Of a DNA stretch of 64,000 bases, positions 28,430 through 38,949 are shown one piece after another. The stretch comes from Candidatus Kapaibacterium sp. (lineage in GTDB: Bacteria > Bacteroidota > Ignavibacteria > Kapaibacteriales > UBA2268): positions 1,696,001-1,760,000 of the forward strand of contig OY761611.1 in the NCBI GenBank assembly GCA_963664875.1. The letters run 5' to 3'. The position numbers were made by a program, and so were the translations under genes. The notes under the pieces were generated by a model, which did no database searches, was not told the origin of the DNA, and was given only the letters and a program-made list of their open reading frames with translations. Each line of letters opens with the position of its first letter. Position 1 is the first letter of the stretch.

Positions 28430-31400
28430 ATGTCAAAATTATTTACATATTTTATAATTATGCTGTTGATTTCTATTACTGTTTCTCAGGCAGAGAGATA
28501 CTCTATTTCTGCGATTGACGGTTCAAAATTCCCTGAAATCAGAGCATATTTCCAGGCATTTGACAATGCAGGTAATTCTGTAGAAAACCTGAAACCTGAA
28601 GATTTTAATGTATTTGAAGACGGTATTTCAATGGATCCTTCTCTTCAGGTGGTCTGTGAAGAAGGTAACAAAGAAGTTAGTGTTCTGCTGATACTTGACA
28701 GAAGTGAATCAATGAAAGATACGGTCTCTACTGATCCTTTAGAATTTCGTTGGGACTGGGTAGATTACGCAGTAAGAACTTTCGTAAAAAAAATCAATTT
28801 CGTAGGTCGTACAACTGTCGCAGTTACAAATTTTGGCGGAACCTGCAAAATAACGTGCCCGTTTACAAATAATAGAGAAGAGCTACTTGACTCTTTAGAT
28901 AAAATCCAAATTGTAGGAAAAACAATTTATGACTATCCGTTTTTAGACCCTACAGCAGGCGCTGTCGAATTATTCAAGACAAGACCTGATGATGTCAGAA
29001 AAGTAGCAATTTTCTTAACAGATGGCGAACCAACAGAGCAGCCAAAAACCGACGAGATAATAAACGCAATGCAGCTCGCCAACATTCAGGTTTATTCCAT
29101 CACTCTAAATACTCCAAAAAATATTGATTTAAACTCAATTTCCAGATTTACCGGTGGAGAAAGCTGGAGGGTGGATACTAAAAAGGAATTGGATGACATA
29201 TACAATAAACTTGCTGAAAAGCTACAAACTCAGCTTTTTTGTTATTTATCATGGATTACAAAACATGGTTGCGACCAAGAATCAAGATATAGAAATGCAA
29301 AATTTGAATATTTAAGGATAAGCATAAACGACGGACGAATTATTGAAAGACCTTTTATTCTTCCTGAAAAGTCTGTCCCACGATTGCTTAATTCAAGGAC
29401 AAAATACAATCTTGGAATGGCTCAGGCGAATGAGACCATTTCAGGTTACGTAGATTTTACTCCGCTTTACGACGACTTTGAAGTAACAGGTGCAAGATTT
29501 TCCAACTGGTCAACTCATTATTCGGTTGATTGGGAAGGTCGAACTTTGCCGTTTACTATCAAAGAAGGACAAACTGAAAGCATAAAAGTTGTTTTCAAAC
29601 AAACAAATATCCAAACCAGAACTGCTAATTTGATTCTTGAGGGTTATCCCTGCGAAAAAGCTATCCCTGTGGAAGCCGGCGGTGTTGAACTCGTTATTGA
29701 CTCCCCAAGCGGTGGAGAATCATATTCTTTATGTGATTCAATAAATATTTTATGGTCAGGCATAAACAAGAATACTCTTATCGATTTGTCCTATAGCACA
29801 AATAACGGAAACAGCTGGGATACCATAACTACTTTTGCTCGGGGCTTGACACATAAATGGATGGCACCCCGCGAAGGTCAGTACAGACTTAGAGCGGACA
29901 AAAAAGTTAGTTGGAATTGGGTATGCCCAATCCATGGCACTGGCGAAGATGGAGCTACCGGAATTCATGAAAGTGGGAATATCTATGCTGTAGGATTCTT
30001 TGAAAATACCGGATTATTCGGTGCAACTGAGATCCCTAAAAACAGCAATGGAAAAAAAGATTACTTCCTAATGTCTATTAAGCCTAATAACGGTGAAGTT
30101 AATTGGGTTACTACAAATGGCGGTACTAAAAATGACTCTGCAACTGCGGTTTACAATGATGGCGGAACATACTATGTTACCGGTTCAACTATGGATAACA
30201 TAACTTTCGGCGCGAAAAAGCCTAATTTTTACGCAAAAGATAAGCGGCATTTATTTATTGCAAAACATGATGCTACCGGAAAGGCAATAGATGGAAATAT
30301 ACTAGGCATTATGAGCAGCAATCAAAACAAAGATTTGGAGATGTGGGGCACTAAAGTAGCCGTAGTCGGAGAAGACATATTCATTGAAGGAGAATATGTA
30401 GGAGTTTTTGATTTCGGCTATCTCAGTTTACCTAAAACAACTGTTCCTAAAACATTTACTGTTACTTACAATAAATCTGACTTAGTCCTCAAAGATGTAA
30501 AAGCAGGTAGCCTTGGAGGCATAAACTATCCGCCACGAAAATTTTATCACGACACATATTACGCAACCAAGTTTAAAGATACACTTAGAAAATTTAATGA
30601 CAGCTTGGTTTCAAGAGGTAACACTGATGGAGTTATAATCAAATCTTATTCCAGATCATCTAAAGAGACTTATATTAATAGCCAAAACTTTGCAGTTGTA
30701 TCTCCTGAGATTACTTTTAATGCCAATTATCTTGAAGCAGGCGATTGTAGCCTCGGTAATTCTGTAATGCGATTACTAACTGCAGCTGTCAAGAATAACG
30801 GCTCTATTGCTGTTTCTATCGAATCAGAAGCCATTGTCAATGATCCTTTGGGTGAATTTGCAATAGAACCTTCGCTACTTGGTACTCAAATAGCTCCGGG
30901 AGGAAGTTTAGATGTTACAGTGGTATTCACACCTAAGGAAGTTGGAGAGCGAACAGCTCAGTTACTCCTTGGAGTGGACTGTCTTGCTCCTCAGCCAATA
31001 GCTCTAAAAGGAAACGGACAGTGTTCATTTGAAGCAAAAGCAATCGACTTCAAAGAAGTACCTGCATCAGTTAATAAAACACTAACAAATGTATGCGTAT
31101 TCGAAAACCTATCCAATGACTCTCTTATCATCCAGCCAGTGATAGAAGGTGCAGACGCTGCAGCATTTATTCTTTCTAAGAACGGCATTTTCTCTGTACA
31201 ACCGGGTGAGTGTTGGACAGTAGACATAACCTGTTACTCATCTGTTGCAGGTCCTAAGTCATCGTATATCAATTTCAACTTGCCTGAAGCTTGTGCTGAA
31301 AACAATGCTACTCTTGATGCAAACATTGTAATTACTGATGTAGTAGTAGAGGATATAAACTGGGGTAACAAAAGAGTATCTTCTATAAATCCTGCTCAGG

Positions 31401-32977
31401 TTATTTTGCAAAACAACAGTAACATAGATTTGAAAGTAATTAGTCTGTCAAATACTACTCCAAGTAGTGCAATAACTATGACTAATCCTCCTGCAAACTT
31501 TACAATCCCTGCTCAGGGCACTTATTCAATAGACGTTAGTTTCAGTCCATCAGCTGAGCAGTACTATGAAAGTATATATGAGTTTCAGGTAGAAAATGCT
31601 CCTGCTCCAAATACATTCAAACTATCAGGCACAGGTGTAATCCCTGCATATACTCTAAATTGGATTTGCCCGGATGATGTAGATCAAGGCCAATCTTCTC
31701 CTGCATATTTGGAAATAGAAAACACAGGAACTGCTGACTTACTGAAAATATACAACATTAACATTACCAATGGTGCGACTGATTATTCATGGGTCTCTCC
31801 ACATGATGATTTGGAAATAGCAAAAGGTAACAAAGAGACTTTAGAACTTACTTTTAGCCCGGCATTCAGAGGCTCCAGGGAAGTTGTTTTTGACATAATC
31901 TCCGATGCACTCGCTAGTTCAGCTCAAGAACCTAAAATTACAAATACACATAATTTTGATTGCGAAGTACCGGGACTTTTGGTGCCTTCTAATCTTAATT
32001 TTGGTAATGTTCTGGTTTGTGATGATTATCCAATGACACTGTCAGTAGTAAATCCATCTTCGAATGAATCAGTCTCTATTTCAAGTATTTTGCTTCAAAG
32101 TGGTGAGGCATTTTATGCAACTCATGAATCTTTGCCTTATGTGATAGCACCCCTTGATTCGATGCTAATAGACTTACATTTTAATCCAAAAGACGCAAAC
32201 GATTATCAGGATATATTGACTGTTACTGACATGGACAACAATCAATATCAGGTGCAGTTAATCGGCAGAGCAGTAGATCCTGTCTTTTACGCAAATGTTG
32301 ATACTTTGACAGTTGTACCTTTTGGAGATAATCTAAATGGATTTGGGGTAAAAGCTACTTTCCCTACATTAAAATATGGTGCAATCACAAGCTTCAAACT
32401 CGAAATTGAAGTAAACGAAGAGCTTGTGGAAATCAAAAATATAAACAATACTAAACCTGCCGGATTTACTTGGAAACAAGCTCAGAAAACCGGAGCAGGC
32501 AAGTACATTGTAGAAGGTTCCGGTAATTTGAATACACCGTTTGATGATGTATTTATTATTGTAGAGTACAGGGCATTGCTCGGTGCCGAATTAGTTACTC
32601 CGTTCAAGGTTAGACCTTTGTACACGGAATGTCCAAGCGATTTTACAGTACCTATCCATTTGGCAATGAACGGTATATGTTTTAATGAAGGCATCCTGAT
32701 AAACCAAGGTAACTTCATCACAGACATTCAAAAAGTGAATCCTAATCCGATATCCACAAGTACTGATTTAATCTTTACAACCGGATACGAAGCAGGTACA
32801 AAATTAGAAGTTTTCGATATGCAGGGCAATAAAGTCGAAACACTTTATGACGGAAGATTGCCATCGGGCAAATACTCTGTTACTCTTGATGTTGAAAAAT
32901 ATAATTCCGGTGCTTATATGTTAAAATTACATTCCGGTCACATCATCAAGACGGAAAAAATAATTATAAGCAAATAA
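28430..32977 (+). CDS. Large T9SS-secreted adhesin-like protein: vWA + beta-propeller-like + Ig (ASH-like) repeats + CTD
   Basis: MIDAS DRSES and FLTDG; IYAVGFF/YYVTGS repeats; multiple Ig repeats; CTD VNPNP...YNSGAYMLKL...KIIISK. Confidence 0.88.
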   Translation: MSKLFTYFIIMLLISITVSQAERYSISAIDGSKFPEIRAYFQAFDNAGNSVENLKPEDFNVFEDGISMDPSLQVVCEEGNKEVSVLLILDRSESMKDTVSTDPLEFRWDWVDYAVRTFVKKINFVGRTTVAVTNFGGTCKITCPFTNNREELLDSLDKIQIVGKTIYDYPFLDPTAGAVELFKTRPDDVRKVAIFLTDGEPTEQPKTDEIINAMQLANIQVYSITLNTPKNIDLNSISRFTGGESWRVDTKKELDDIYNKLAEKLQTQLFCYLSWITKHGCDQESRYRNAKFEYLRISINDGRIIERPFILPEKSVPRLLNSRTKYNLGMAQANETISGYVDFTPLYDDFEVTGARFSNWSTHYSVDWEGRTLPFTIKEGQTESIKVVFKQTNIQTRTANLILEGYPCEKAIPVEAGGVELVIDSPSGGESYSLCDSINILWSGINKNTLIDLSYSTNNGNSWDTITTFARGLTHKWMAPREGQYRLRADKKVSWNWVCPIHGTGEDGATGIHESGNIYAVGFFENTGLFGATEIPKNSNGKKDYFLMSIKPNNGEVNWVTTNGGTKNDSATAVYNDGGTYYVTGSTMDNITFGAKKPNFYAKDKRHLFIAKHDATGKAIDGNILGIMSSNQNKDLEMWGTKVAVVGEDIFIEGEYVGVFDFGYLSLPKTTVPKTFTVTYNKSDLVLKDVKAGSLGGINYPPRKFYHDTYYATKFKDTLRKFNDSLVSRGNTDGVIIKSYSRSSKETYINSQNFAVVSPEITFNANYLEAGDCSLGNSVMRLLTAAVKNNGSIAVSIESEAIVNDPLGEFAIEPSLLGTQIAPGGSLDVTVVFTPKEVGERTAQLLLGVDCLAPQPIALKGNGQCSFEAKAIDFKEVPASVNKTLTNVCVFENLSNDSLIIQPVIEGADAAAFILSKNGIFSVQPGECWTVDITCYSSVAGPKSSYINFNLPEACAENNATLDANIVITDVVVEDINWGNKRVSSINPAQVILQNNSNIDLKVISLSNTTPSSAITMTNPPANFTIPAQGTYSIDVSFSPSAEQYYESIYEFQVENAPAPNTFKLSGTGVIPAYTLNWICPDDVDQGQSSPAYLEIENTGTADLLKIYNINITNGATDYSWVSPHDDLEIAKGNKETLELTFSPAFRGSREVVFDIISDALASSAQEPKITNTHNFDCEVPGLLVPSNLNFGNVLVCDDYPMTLSVVNPSSNESVSISSILLQSGEAFYATHESLPYVIAPLDSMLIDLHFNPKDANDYQDILTVTDMDNNQYQVQLIGRAVDPVFYANVDTLTVVPFGDNLNGFGVKATFPTLKYGAITSFKLEIEVNEELVEIKNINNTKPAGFTWKQAQKTGAGKYIVEGSGNLNTPFDDVFIIVEYRALLGAELVTPFKVRPLYTECPSDFTVPIHLAMNGICFNEGILINQGNFITDIQKVNPNPISTSTDLIFTTGYEAGTKLEVFDMQGNKVETLYDGRLPSGKYSVTLDVEKYNSGAYMLKLHSGHIIKTEKIIISK

Positions 32978-32998
32978 GTCAATTGCAGATACTATCTC

Positions 32999-33032
32999 AA
33001 AAAAGCCACCTCTACTATAGAAGTGGCTTTTT
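32999..33032. terminator. Bidirectional terminator between the vWA gene and metG
   Basis: AAAAAAGCCAC...GTGGCTTTTT. Confidence 0.85.
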
Positions 33033-33056
33033 GAGTTTTTGAGAAAGTGCAGAGAT

Positions 33057-35252
33057 TTATCTTACCTCAGCTCCGCTGCCTATTTCAGCTTTTTCCGGAG
33101 ATAGGAAGGATAATTTACCATCATCTGTATTGGCTGCGAGAATCATACCTTGTGACTCAATGCCCATGATTTTTGCAGGTTTAAGATTAACTACCATGAC
33201 CACTGTTTTACCAACTAAGTATTCAGGTTCGTAGTGCTCAGCTATGCCTGCTACCACCTGTCTTTGTTCCTCGCCGATTTTTACTTGTAGTTTAAGTAGC
33301 TTTTTAGATTTTTTAACTTTTTCTGCTTCAATGATTGTAGCCGTTCTAAGTTTTACTTTCATGAAGTCTTCGAAGTCAATTACCTGCGAAAGTTCTTTTG
33401 CTTTGGCTTTTGCAGCTTCGATTCTTGCAGCGGCTTCTTTCAATGCTTCAACTTCTTTTTCTACTGTTTCATCTTCTATTTTAGTAAAGATAATTTCAGG
33501 TTTTCTGATTGGGCGACCTTCTTCCATAGTAGGATAAGCAGCGATATCCCATAGATTTCTTGTTTCCTGTCCGTTGTTCGCTTCGCCGGTATTTGACGAA
33601 ACTTCTAAAATCTTACTGATTTTTTTAGATGCAAACGGTACAATCGGAGCAAAGATAATAGAAAGAGTATGCACAAGTTGTACACAGAAATACAATGATT
33701 TTGCAGCTCTGTCTGCATCGTCTTTAATAGCTTTCCATGGCTCTTCGTCGTTAAAATATTTATTAGCTGCACGGGCAACATTCATTGTTTCTGTCATTGC
33801 ATCGCGGAAACGGAAGCGTTCGTAGCAGTCTGAGATTTTTTTCAAGCCATTGTGCAATGCCTGAATTATCACCAAGTCGTTATCAGAAAACTCAGCATAA
33901 TCTTCTCTGTTGATTTCTTTCTCAGGGTGTTCGCTCATGAAATCAATTAAGTTATTCCACTTAGCAGGGATTCGGGCATATTTATCAGCCAATGTAGGAA
34001 CTTTACCGTCAAAGTTTTTATGAGTGAACTGAAGCGAACGATTTACAAAGTTGCCGAAAATAGCAGCAAGTTCGTTGTTGTTTTTGCTTTGGAAATCTTT
34101 CCATGTAAAGTCAGCATCTTTTGTTTCAGGGAAATTAGTAGCCAAAGTATATCTAAGTGCATCTATATAATGCTTTTCGCTATAGCTGCTTACGAAATCT
34201 TTTAGGTCAATACTCCAGTTTCTGGATTTAGAAAACTTTTCACCTTCAAGATTTAAGAACTCATGAGCCGGCACATTGTCAGGCATAATATAACCACCGC
34301 GAGCATGAAGCATAGCAGGGAAAATTAGAGTATGGAACACGATATTATCTTTACCGATAAAAGCAAGATATCTTGTTTCTTCGTCTTGCCACCATGTTTT
34401 CCAGTCATCAGCTCTGCCCTGAGCTTTCATAAACTCTTTAGTAGCTGAGATATATCCAAGAACGGCATCAAACCATACATAAAGCACTTTACCTTCTGCT
34501 TTTTGTTTGTCAACTCCCTGGATATCTTTTATTTTTACGCCCCAATCCAAATCGCGGGTAATAGCGCGCTCAGCAAGACCTTGTTTAAGCCAGCTACGAG
34601 TTTGCTGTATAACGTTATCTTTCCAGTATTTAGATTTTTCTTCAATATAATTTTCCAAAAATTCCTGGAACTTATCAAAGCGGAAATACCAGTGAGTAGT
34701 TTTTTTCACCTCAGGAGTGCCACCGGAAACTGTAGAGATTGGATTTTTTAATTCAATCTGGTTGTAATAAGCACCGCATTTATCGCACTGATCGCCTCTT
34801 GCACCATCTTCACCGCAGTTAGGGCAAGTACCTTCCACGTATCTATCTGGAAGGAACATTTTTGCTTTTGGGTCATAAAACTGCTCTTCTTCTCTATCGA
34901 TTAGATATCCTTTTTGAAGGAAGTCTGCAAAAAACTCTTTTGCAGTTTCGTGGTGCGACTCGACAGATGTTCTTGAGTAATTGTCAAAACTCATCCCGAA
35001 AGCCTCGAAAGCAGCTTTGTTTGCAGTGTGGTATTTATCTATAATATGTTTTGGAGTAACTTTTTCTTTTTCGGCAGAAATAGTAATTGCAACACCATGC
35101 TCATCTGAACCGCAGATATATAGTACATCTTCGCCTCTTAGTCTTGAGTAGCGGGCATAAATATCGGCAGGCAGATATGCACCGGCAGCGTGGCCAAGGT
35201 GAATATAGCCGTTCGCATAAGGCAACGCCGAAGTAATCAGTGTTCTTTTCAT
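33057..35252 (-). CDS. metG: Methionine--tRNA ligase with C-terminal tRNA-binding (Trbp111) domain
   Basis: ALPYANG.IHLGH, zinc knuckle, YVWFDA, KFSKS, OB-fold tail; start at ATG 35252; TATATTTG box at 35299-35292. Confidence 0.98.
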   Translation of the reverse strand: MKRTLITSALPYANGYIHLGHAAGAYLPADIYARYSRLRGEDVLYICGSDEHGVAITISAEKEKVTPKHIIDKYHTANKAAFEAFGMSFDNYSRTSVESHHETAKEFFADFLQKGYLIDREEEQFYDPKAKMFLPDRYVEGTCPNCGEDGARGDQCDKCGAYYNQIELKNPISTVSGGTPEVKKTTHWYFRFDKFQEFLENYIEEKSKYWKDNVIQQTRSWLKQGLAERAITRDLDWGVKIKDIQGVDKQKAEGKVLYVWFDAVLGYISATKEFMKAQGRADDWKTWWQDEETRYLAFIGKDNIVFHTLIFPAMLHARGGYIMPDNVPAHEFLNLEGEKFSKSRNWSIDLKDFVSSYSEKHYIDALRYTLATNFPETKDADFTWKDFQSKNNNELAAIFGNFVNRSLQFTHKNFDGKVPTLADKYARIPAKWNNLIDFMSEHPEKEINREDYAEFSDNDLVIIQALHNGLKKISDCYERFRFRDAMTETMNVARAANKYFNDEEPWKAIKDDADRAAKSLYFCVQLVHTLSIIFAPIVPFASKKISKILEVSSNTGEANNGQETRNLWDIAAYPTMEEGRPIRKPEIIFTKIEDETVEKEVEALKEAAARIEAAKAKAKELSQVIDFEDFMKVKLRTATIIEAEKVKKSKKLLKLQVKIGEEQRQVVAGIAEHYEPEYLVGKTVVMVVNLKPAKIMGIESQGMILAANTDDGKLSFLSPEKAEIGSGAEVR

Positions 35253-35484
35253 AACATTTTCCAAAAATCGATTCCAAATATTCCAATATTGCAAATATAA
35301 TGATTTTTTGGAAAGGTTGGGGCAAATGGTTGAGGGAATTATAATTAGTCATGGATCCCTTAGAATCTCAATTGAAATCCTACTCCTCCCTATTTTTTAC
35401 ATTTTGTTAGGTTTTAGTTTACCTTGTTTGGAAAATAAGTTATATATTTGAACCAACTTTTTGAGACTAATAGCAGATAATGTA

Positions 35485-35973
35485 ATGAATAGACAAGATA
35501 AAATTGCTGTTTATCCGGGTTCGTTTGATCCTATTACAAATGGACATATTGATGTAATCGAGCGTGCAAGTTTGATTTTCGATAAGGTGATTGTTTTAGT
35601 TGGCGTCAATTCAAAAAAAACAAATCTTTTTACAGAAGATGAAAGATGCAGCATGGCTGGTGAAGCTCTTAAGCATTTGCCAAATGTGGAAGTTAGCAAG
35701 CATCAGGGGCTTATAGTTGAGTATTGCAAGCAGTATAAAGCAATTGCAATGATTCGCGGGATCAGAGCCGTTTCAGACTTTGAGTACGAATTTCAAATTG
35801 CACTTATGAACCGCAAACTTGAGCCGGAAGTTCACACAGTGTTTATGATGCCTCACGAAAGATATACTTATCTTAATTCAAGTATTGTCAGAGAGTTGGC
35901 AAGATACAAAAAAGACACTTCAGATTTTGTGCCACCTTGCGTAGCTAAAAAACTGGAAGCGAAATTTGACTAA
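35485..35973 (+). CDS. coaD: Pantetheine-phosphate adenylyltransferase
   Basis: YPGSFDPITNGH, RGIRAVSDFEYE, SSIVRE; TATATTTG at 35443-35450. Confidence 0.98.
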   Translation: MNRQDKIAVYPGSFDPITNGHIDVIERASLIFDKVIVLVGVNSKKTNLFTEDERCSMAGEALKHLPNVEVSKHQGLIVEYCKQYKAIAMIRGIRAVSDFEYEFQIALMNRKLEPEVHTVFMMPHERYTYLNSSIVRELARYKKDTSDFVPPCVAKKLEAKFD

Positions 35974-36008
35974 AATCTTCAATAATTTGGGCTTTAATAT
36001 TTTATTAT

Positions 36009-37406
36009 TTAGACAGTCTTTTTTTGTCGGTAGCTTTGCACATTAATATCGTATTTTCTGATTTTATTGTGCAAAGTTTCGCGGCTTACTCCAAGTAGAG
36101 CAGCAGACTTGCTTACATTACCTCTACATTGTTCCAATGTGGTTTCAATCTTCCTTTTATCGACCAAAGCCAAATCTTCTTTCAATGTATTACCTAATGA
36201 GATAGCGGGAGCTACAACTTGTGTTTCAATTGTTTGAGACGAATTGGAAATTATTCTGTGCAAATCGCTAACTTCTATCTGTTTTGTTGTAGCAGTCTGC
36301 AGAGTTACTCTTAGCACACTTGACAGCTCGCGTACATTGCCTCGCCAAGTTTGTTCCTGCATATAATCTAATGCAGATGGAGCAAAAAACTTTTCGTCGT
36401 TGAAATCTGCATTGTGTTTTTGCAGAAAGTATTTGATGATTTCAGGTATATCTTCCTGACGTTCCTGTAGTGATGGCAGGTGTATTTCACACTCTCTGAG
36501 TCGGTGATAAAGCTGCTCTCTAAAGTTGCCGTCTTTGATACCTTCAAGCAAATCTTTATCCGTTGCAGAAACAAATCTGATATCCATCTCTTCGCTTTGC
36601 ACGGAACCAACTTTTCTTACTACTTTTTCTTCGATTGGAATGAACAAATTTGATTGGAGACTAAGCGACATATCTCCTATCTCATCCAAAAATAAAGTAC
36701 CTTTGTTTGCCTGATGGAACAGACCTTTTTTATTTTCGGAGGCACCGGAGAAAGCCCCTTTTATATGCCCGAATAGCTCACTTTGAAATAGTTCTTTGGG
36801 AATATTAGGAATATCTACGGTTACAAACGGATATTTATTTCTACGGCTTGCAGCGTGAATAGCTTTTGCAACTAACTTTTTGCCTGTACCTGTTTCGCCG
36901 GTGATAAGTACATTAAGATCAGTTCTGCCGAAACGGATTATTCTGTCGCCAACGTCTAACATAGCTTTTGACCTTGCGATAATACCGTTGGCTTCCAAAA
37001 ATTTTCTAATTTCTTCTTCTTCACCCTGCTGCTTTTTGCCCAAGGCACTATTTAGCACTTCTTTGATTTTTTCTTTACTGATAATGCTTTTTTCAATAAA
37101 ATTCATAGCTCCGAGCTTGGTAGCACGTACTGCAGTTTCTATTGTACCCTTACCACTAACCATAACAACAGGCAAAGAAGGGTGTGATTTCCTAATAGCT
37201 TCTAACACGTCCAAACCGCTCAACTGTTCCTCAGGTCCAAACTCAATATCAAGCAGAACTATGCCGATAGAGCTATGATGCTTCGAAAGGTATTCAATAG
37301 CAAGAGTCGGTTTATAGATATTTTCATATTTATAACCAAAATCACTAACTATATCTGCTATGGTGGAACCAAATTCTACATTATCATCTACGATTAGAAC
37401 TTTCAT
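36009..37406 (-). CDS. Orphan sigma-54-dependent response regulator (REC-AAA+-Fis HTH)
   Basis: VLIVDD, LLDI, GETGTGKK, SELFGHIKGAFSGA, LFLDEIG, W.GNVREL. No adjacent kinase. An upstream TTG start at 37421 is possible. Confidence 0.93.
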   Translation of the reverse strand: MKVLIVDDNVEFGSTIADIVSDFGYKYENIYKPTLAIEYLSKHHSSIGIVLLDIEFGPEEQLSGLDVLEAIRKSHPSLPVVMVSGKGTIETAVRATKLGAMNFIEKSIISKEKIKEVLNSALGKKQQGEEEEIRKFLEANGIIARSKAMLDVGDRIIRFGRTDLNVLITGETGTGKKLVAKAIHAASRRNKYPFVTVDIPNIPKELFQSELFGHIKGAFSGASENKKGLFHQANKGTLFLDEIGDMSLSLQSNLFIPIEEKVVRKVGSVQSEEMDIRFVSATDKDLLEGIKDGNFREQLYHRLRECEIHLPSLQERQEDIPEIIKYFLQKHNADFNDEKFFAPSALDYMQEQTWRGNVRELSSVLRVTLQTATTKQIEVSDLHRIISNSSQTIETQVVAPAISLGNTLKEDLALVDKRKIETTLEQCRGNVSKSAALLGVSRETLHNKIRKYDINVQSYRQKKTV

Positions 37407-37744
37407 ATTAGCTTTGCCCAATCTCGTTTTTCCGTACGATTCGAATTAGAAATGCAGTTACTATTCTTTTATTGTGTGCGTCCTGCATCAGAATTATTTT
37501 TTGTTGTAAGCTTGTTATTATAACAAATAAAACAGTAATATCAAAATGCTATTTTAGAGAATTTATAAAATACCATTTTGACTTATCAAATAAAAACATT
37601 TTTTAGATTTTTTGAATAAAACGACTTTGTTCGAGGATAAATATTCGGATTTTGCTATTTTATAAAATCAAATTAGTCATATTATTTTACACATTGAACT
37701 AATTATATAATTGTCCGTTTATTTACTCAAATAACTATACAGTA

Positions 37745-38371
37745 ATGAACAAATTTATTATAGAATTGCTCCAATTCCTAAAAAAGCCCACCGAAGTAGT
37801 ACGGGGCAAAGGTAAAAATGTTACTTCTGATATTCTTAATCTATTGCTGTTAGACATACTGCTCATGATGATAGCTCTGCCTTTAGCGCAGCTGTTGGAT
37901 ACATTTGATCTTGTTGACTTCGATACTCATGACTTGAATAATATTTTAACTGATACCAATATTATTTTAGCTCTTGCTTTAGTCTCGATTGTAGTCCCGG
38001 TTATCGAAGAGTTTATATTTCGTCTCCCACTTAAAATGGGCTATAACGTATTCCCAATGTGGCGTCTAATGGCAGCAAGGAAGATGAGCGATGCAGACGA
38101 AGCACGTGAGATATACAAAACTAAAAAAGCCTGGCTCGCTAAATATCCATATATATTCTACGGCATGGCTTTACTTTTTGCTCTTATTCATTTGACTAAT
38201 TATCAGATTTCTCTTTCTGTCATCATATTTTCTTTTATACTTTGCCTTCCTCAATTCATTCTTGCAGTGCTTGTTTCTTATGCAAGATTGAAACATGGTT
38301 TATGGTCGAGTATGTTATTGCACGGATTGCATAATCTTATATTTTCATTATTTGCTTATGCTGCTATGTAG
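37745..38371 (+). CDS. CPBP (Abi/CAAX) family intramembrane metalloprotease
   Basis: EEFIFR, FALIH, H.LHN motifs; multi-TM. Confidence 0.9.
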   Translation: MNKFIIELLQFLKKPTEVVRGKGKNVTSDILNLLLLDILLMMIALPLAQLLDTFDLVDFDTHDLNNILTDTNIILALALVSIVVPVIEEFIFRLPLKMGYNVFPMWRLMAARKMSDADEAREIYKTKKAWLAKYPYIFYGMALLFALIHLTNYQISLSVIIFSFILCLPQFILAVLVSYARLKHGLWSSMLLHGLHNLIFSLFAYAAM

Positions 38372-38406
38372 GCGTTCTTTAGTTAACTAATTAGGATTCT
38401 TTGTGC

Positions 38407-38841
38407 ATGAAAAAAGTTGAGATATTCGAGATATCCGCCATTACGTGCCTCTATATTGTATTATTGATTGTAATGTGGGTTAATTTGCTCTTCGATGCAA
38501 ATCTGGCTGACTTAAAACTTACATTTCTGCTCACTGAAAAATACGGGATTTACTACTTTATCATGAGCACAGGTAGTTTGTTCTTGCTGTGGCATGGAAC
38601 GCGGTTTAAGTTCACAAAAGATATTCCCGAATCTACTATGCAAAGATTTTTCAAAACCTTAGCTTTGATTATGTTTGAGATACAGATTCTTCTGCTCACA
38701 GTTGATTTTGGAATTGAGCCAAAATGGTTGCAGCTGCTTATCGGACTAATATCTACATGGATATTTGGTACTTTTGCTATTTCATCGCTGTGGGATATGC
38801 TTAAAAGTTTTTCGTCTGTTTTTTTTGGCAAAAAACACTAA
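38407..38841 (+). CDS. Hypothetical 4-TM membrane protein
   Basis: Four hydrophobic segments; ATG 38407. Confidence 0.65.
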   Translation: MKKVEIFEISAITCLYIVLLIVMWVNLLFDANLADLKLTFLLTEKYGIYYFIMSTGSLFLLWHGTRFKFTKDIPESTMQRFFKTLALIMFEIQILLLTVDFGIEPKWLQLLIGLISTWIFGTFAISSLWDMLKSFSSVFFGKKH

Positions 38842-38949
38842 TTAGACCTCAAATATCAGATTATAGATACTAAGCACAGTCTCATGTGTAAATATTTTGA
38901 AGCCATAAATTGACATATATATAATAAGTCTTTGAAAGGAACTAATCTT

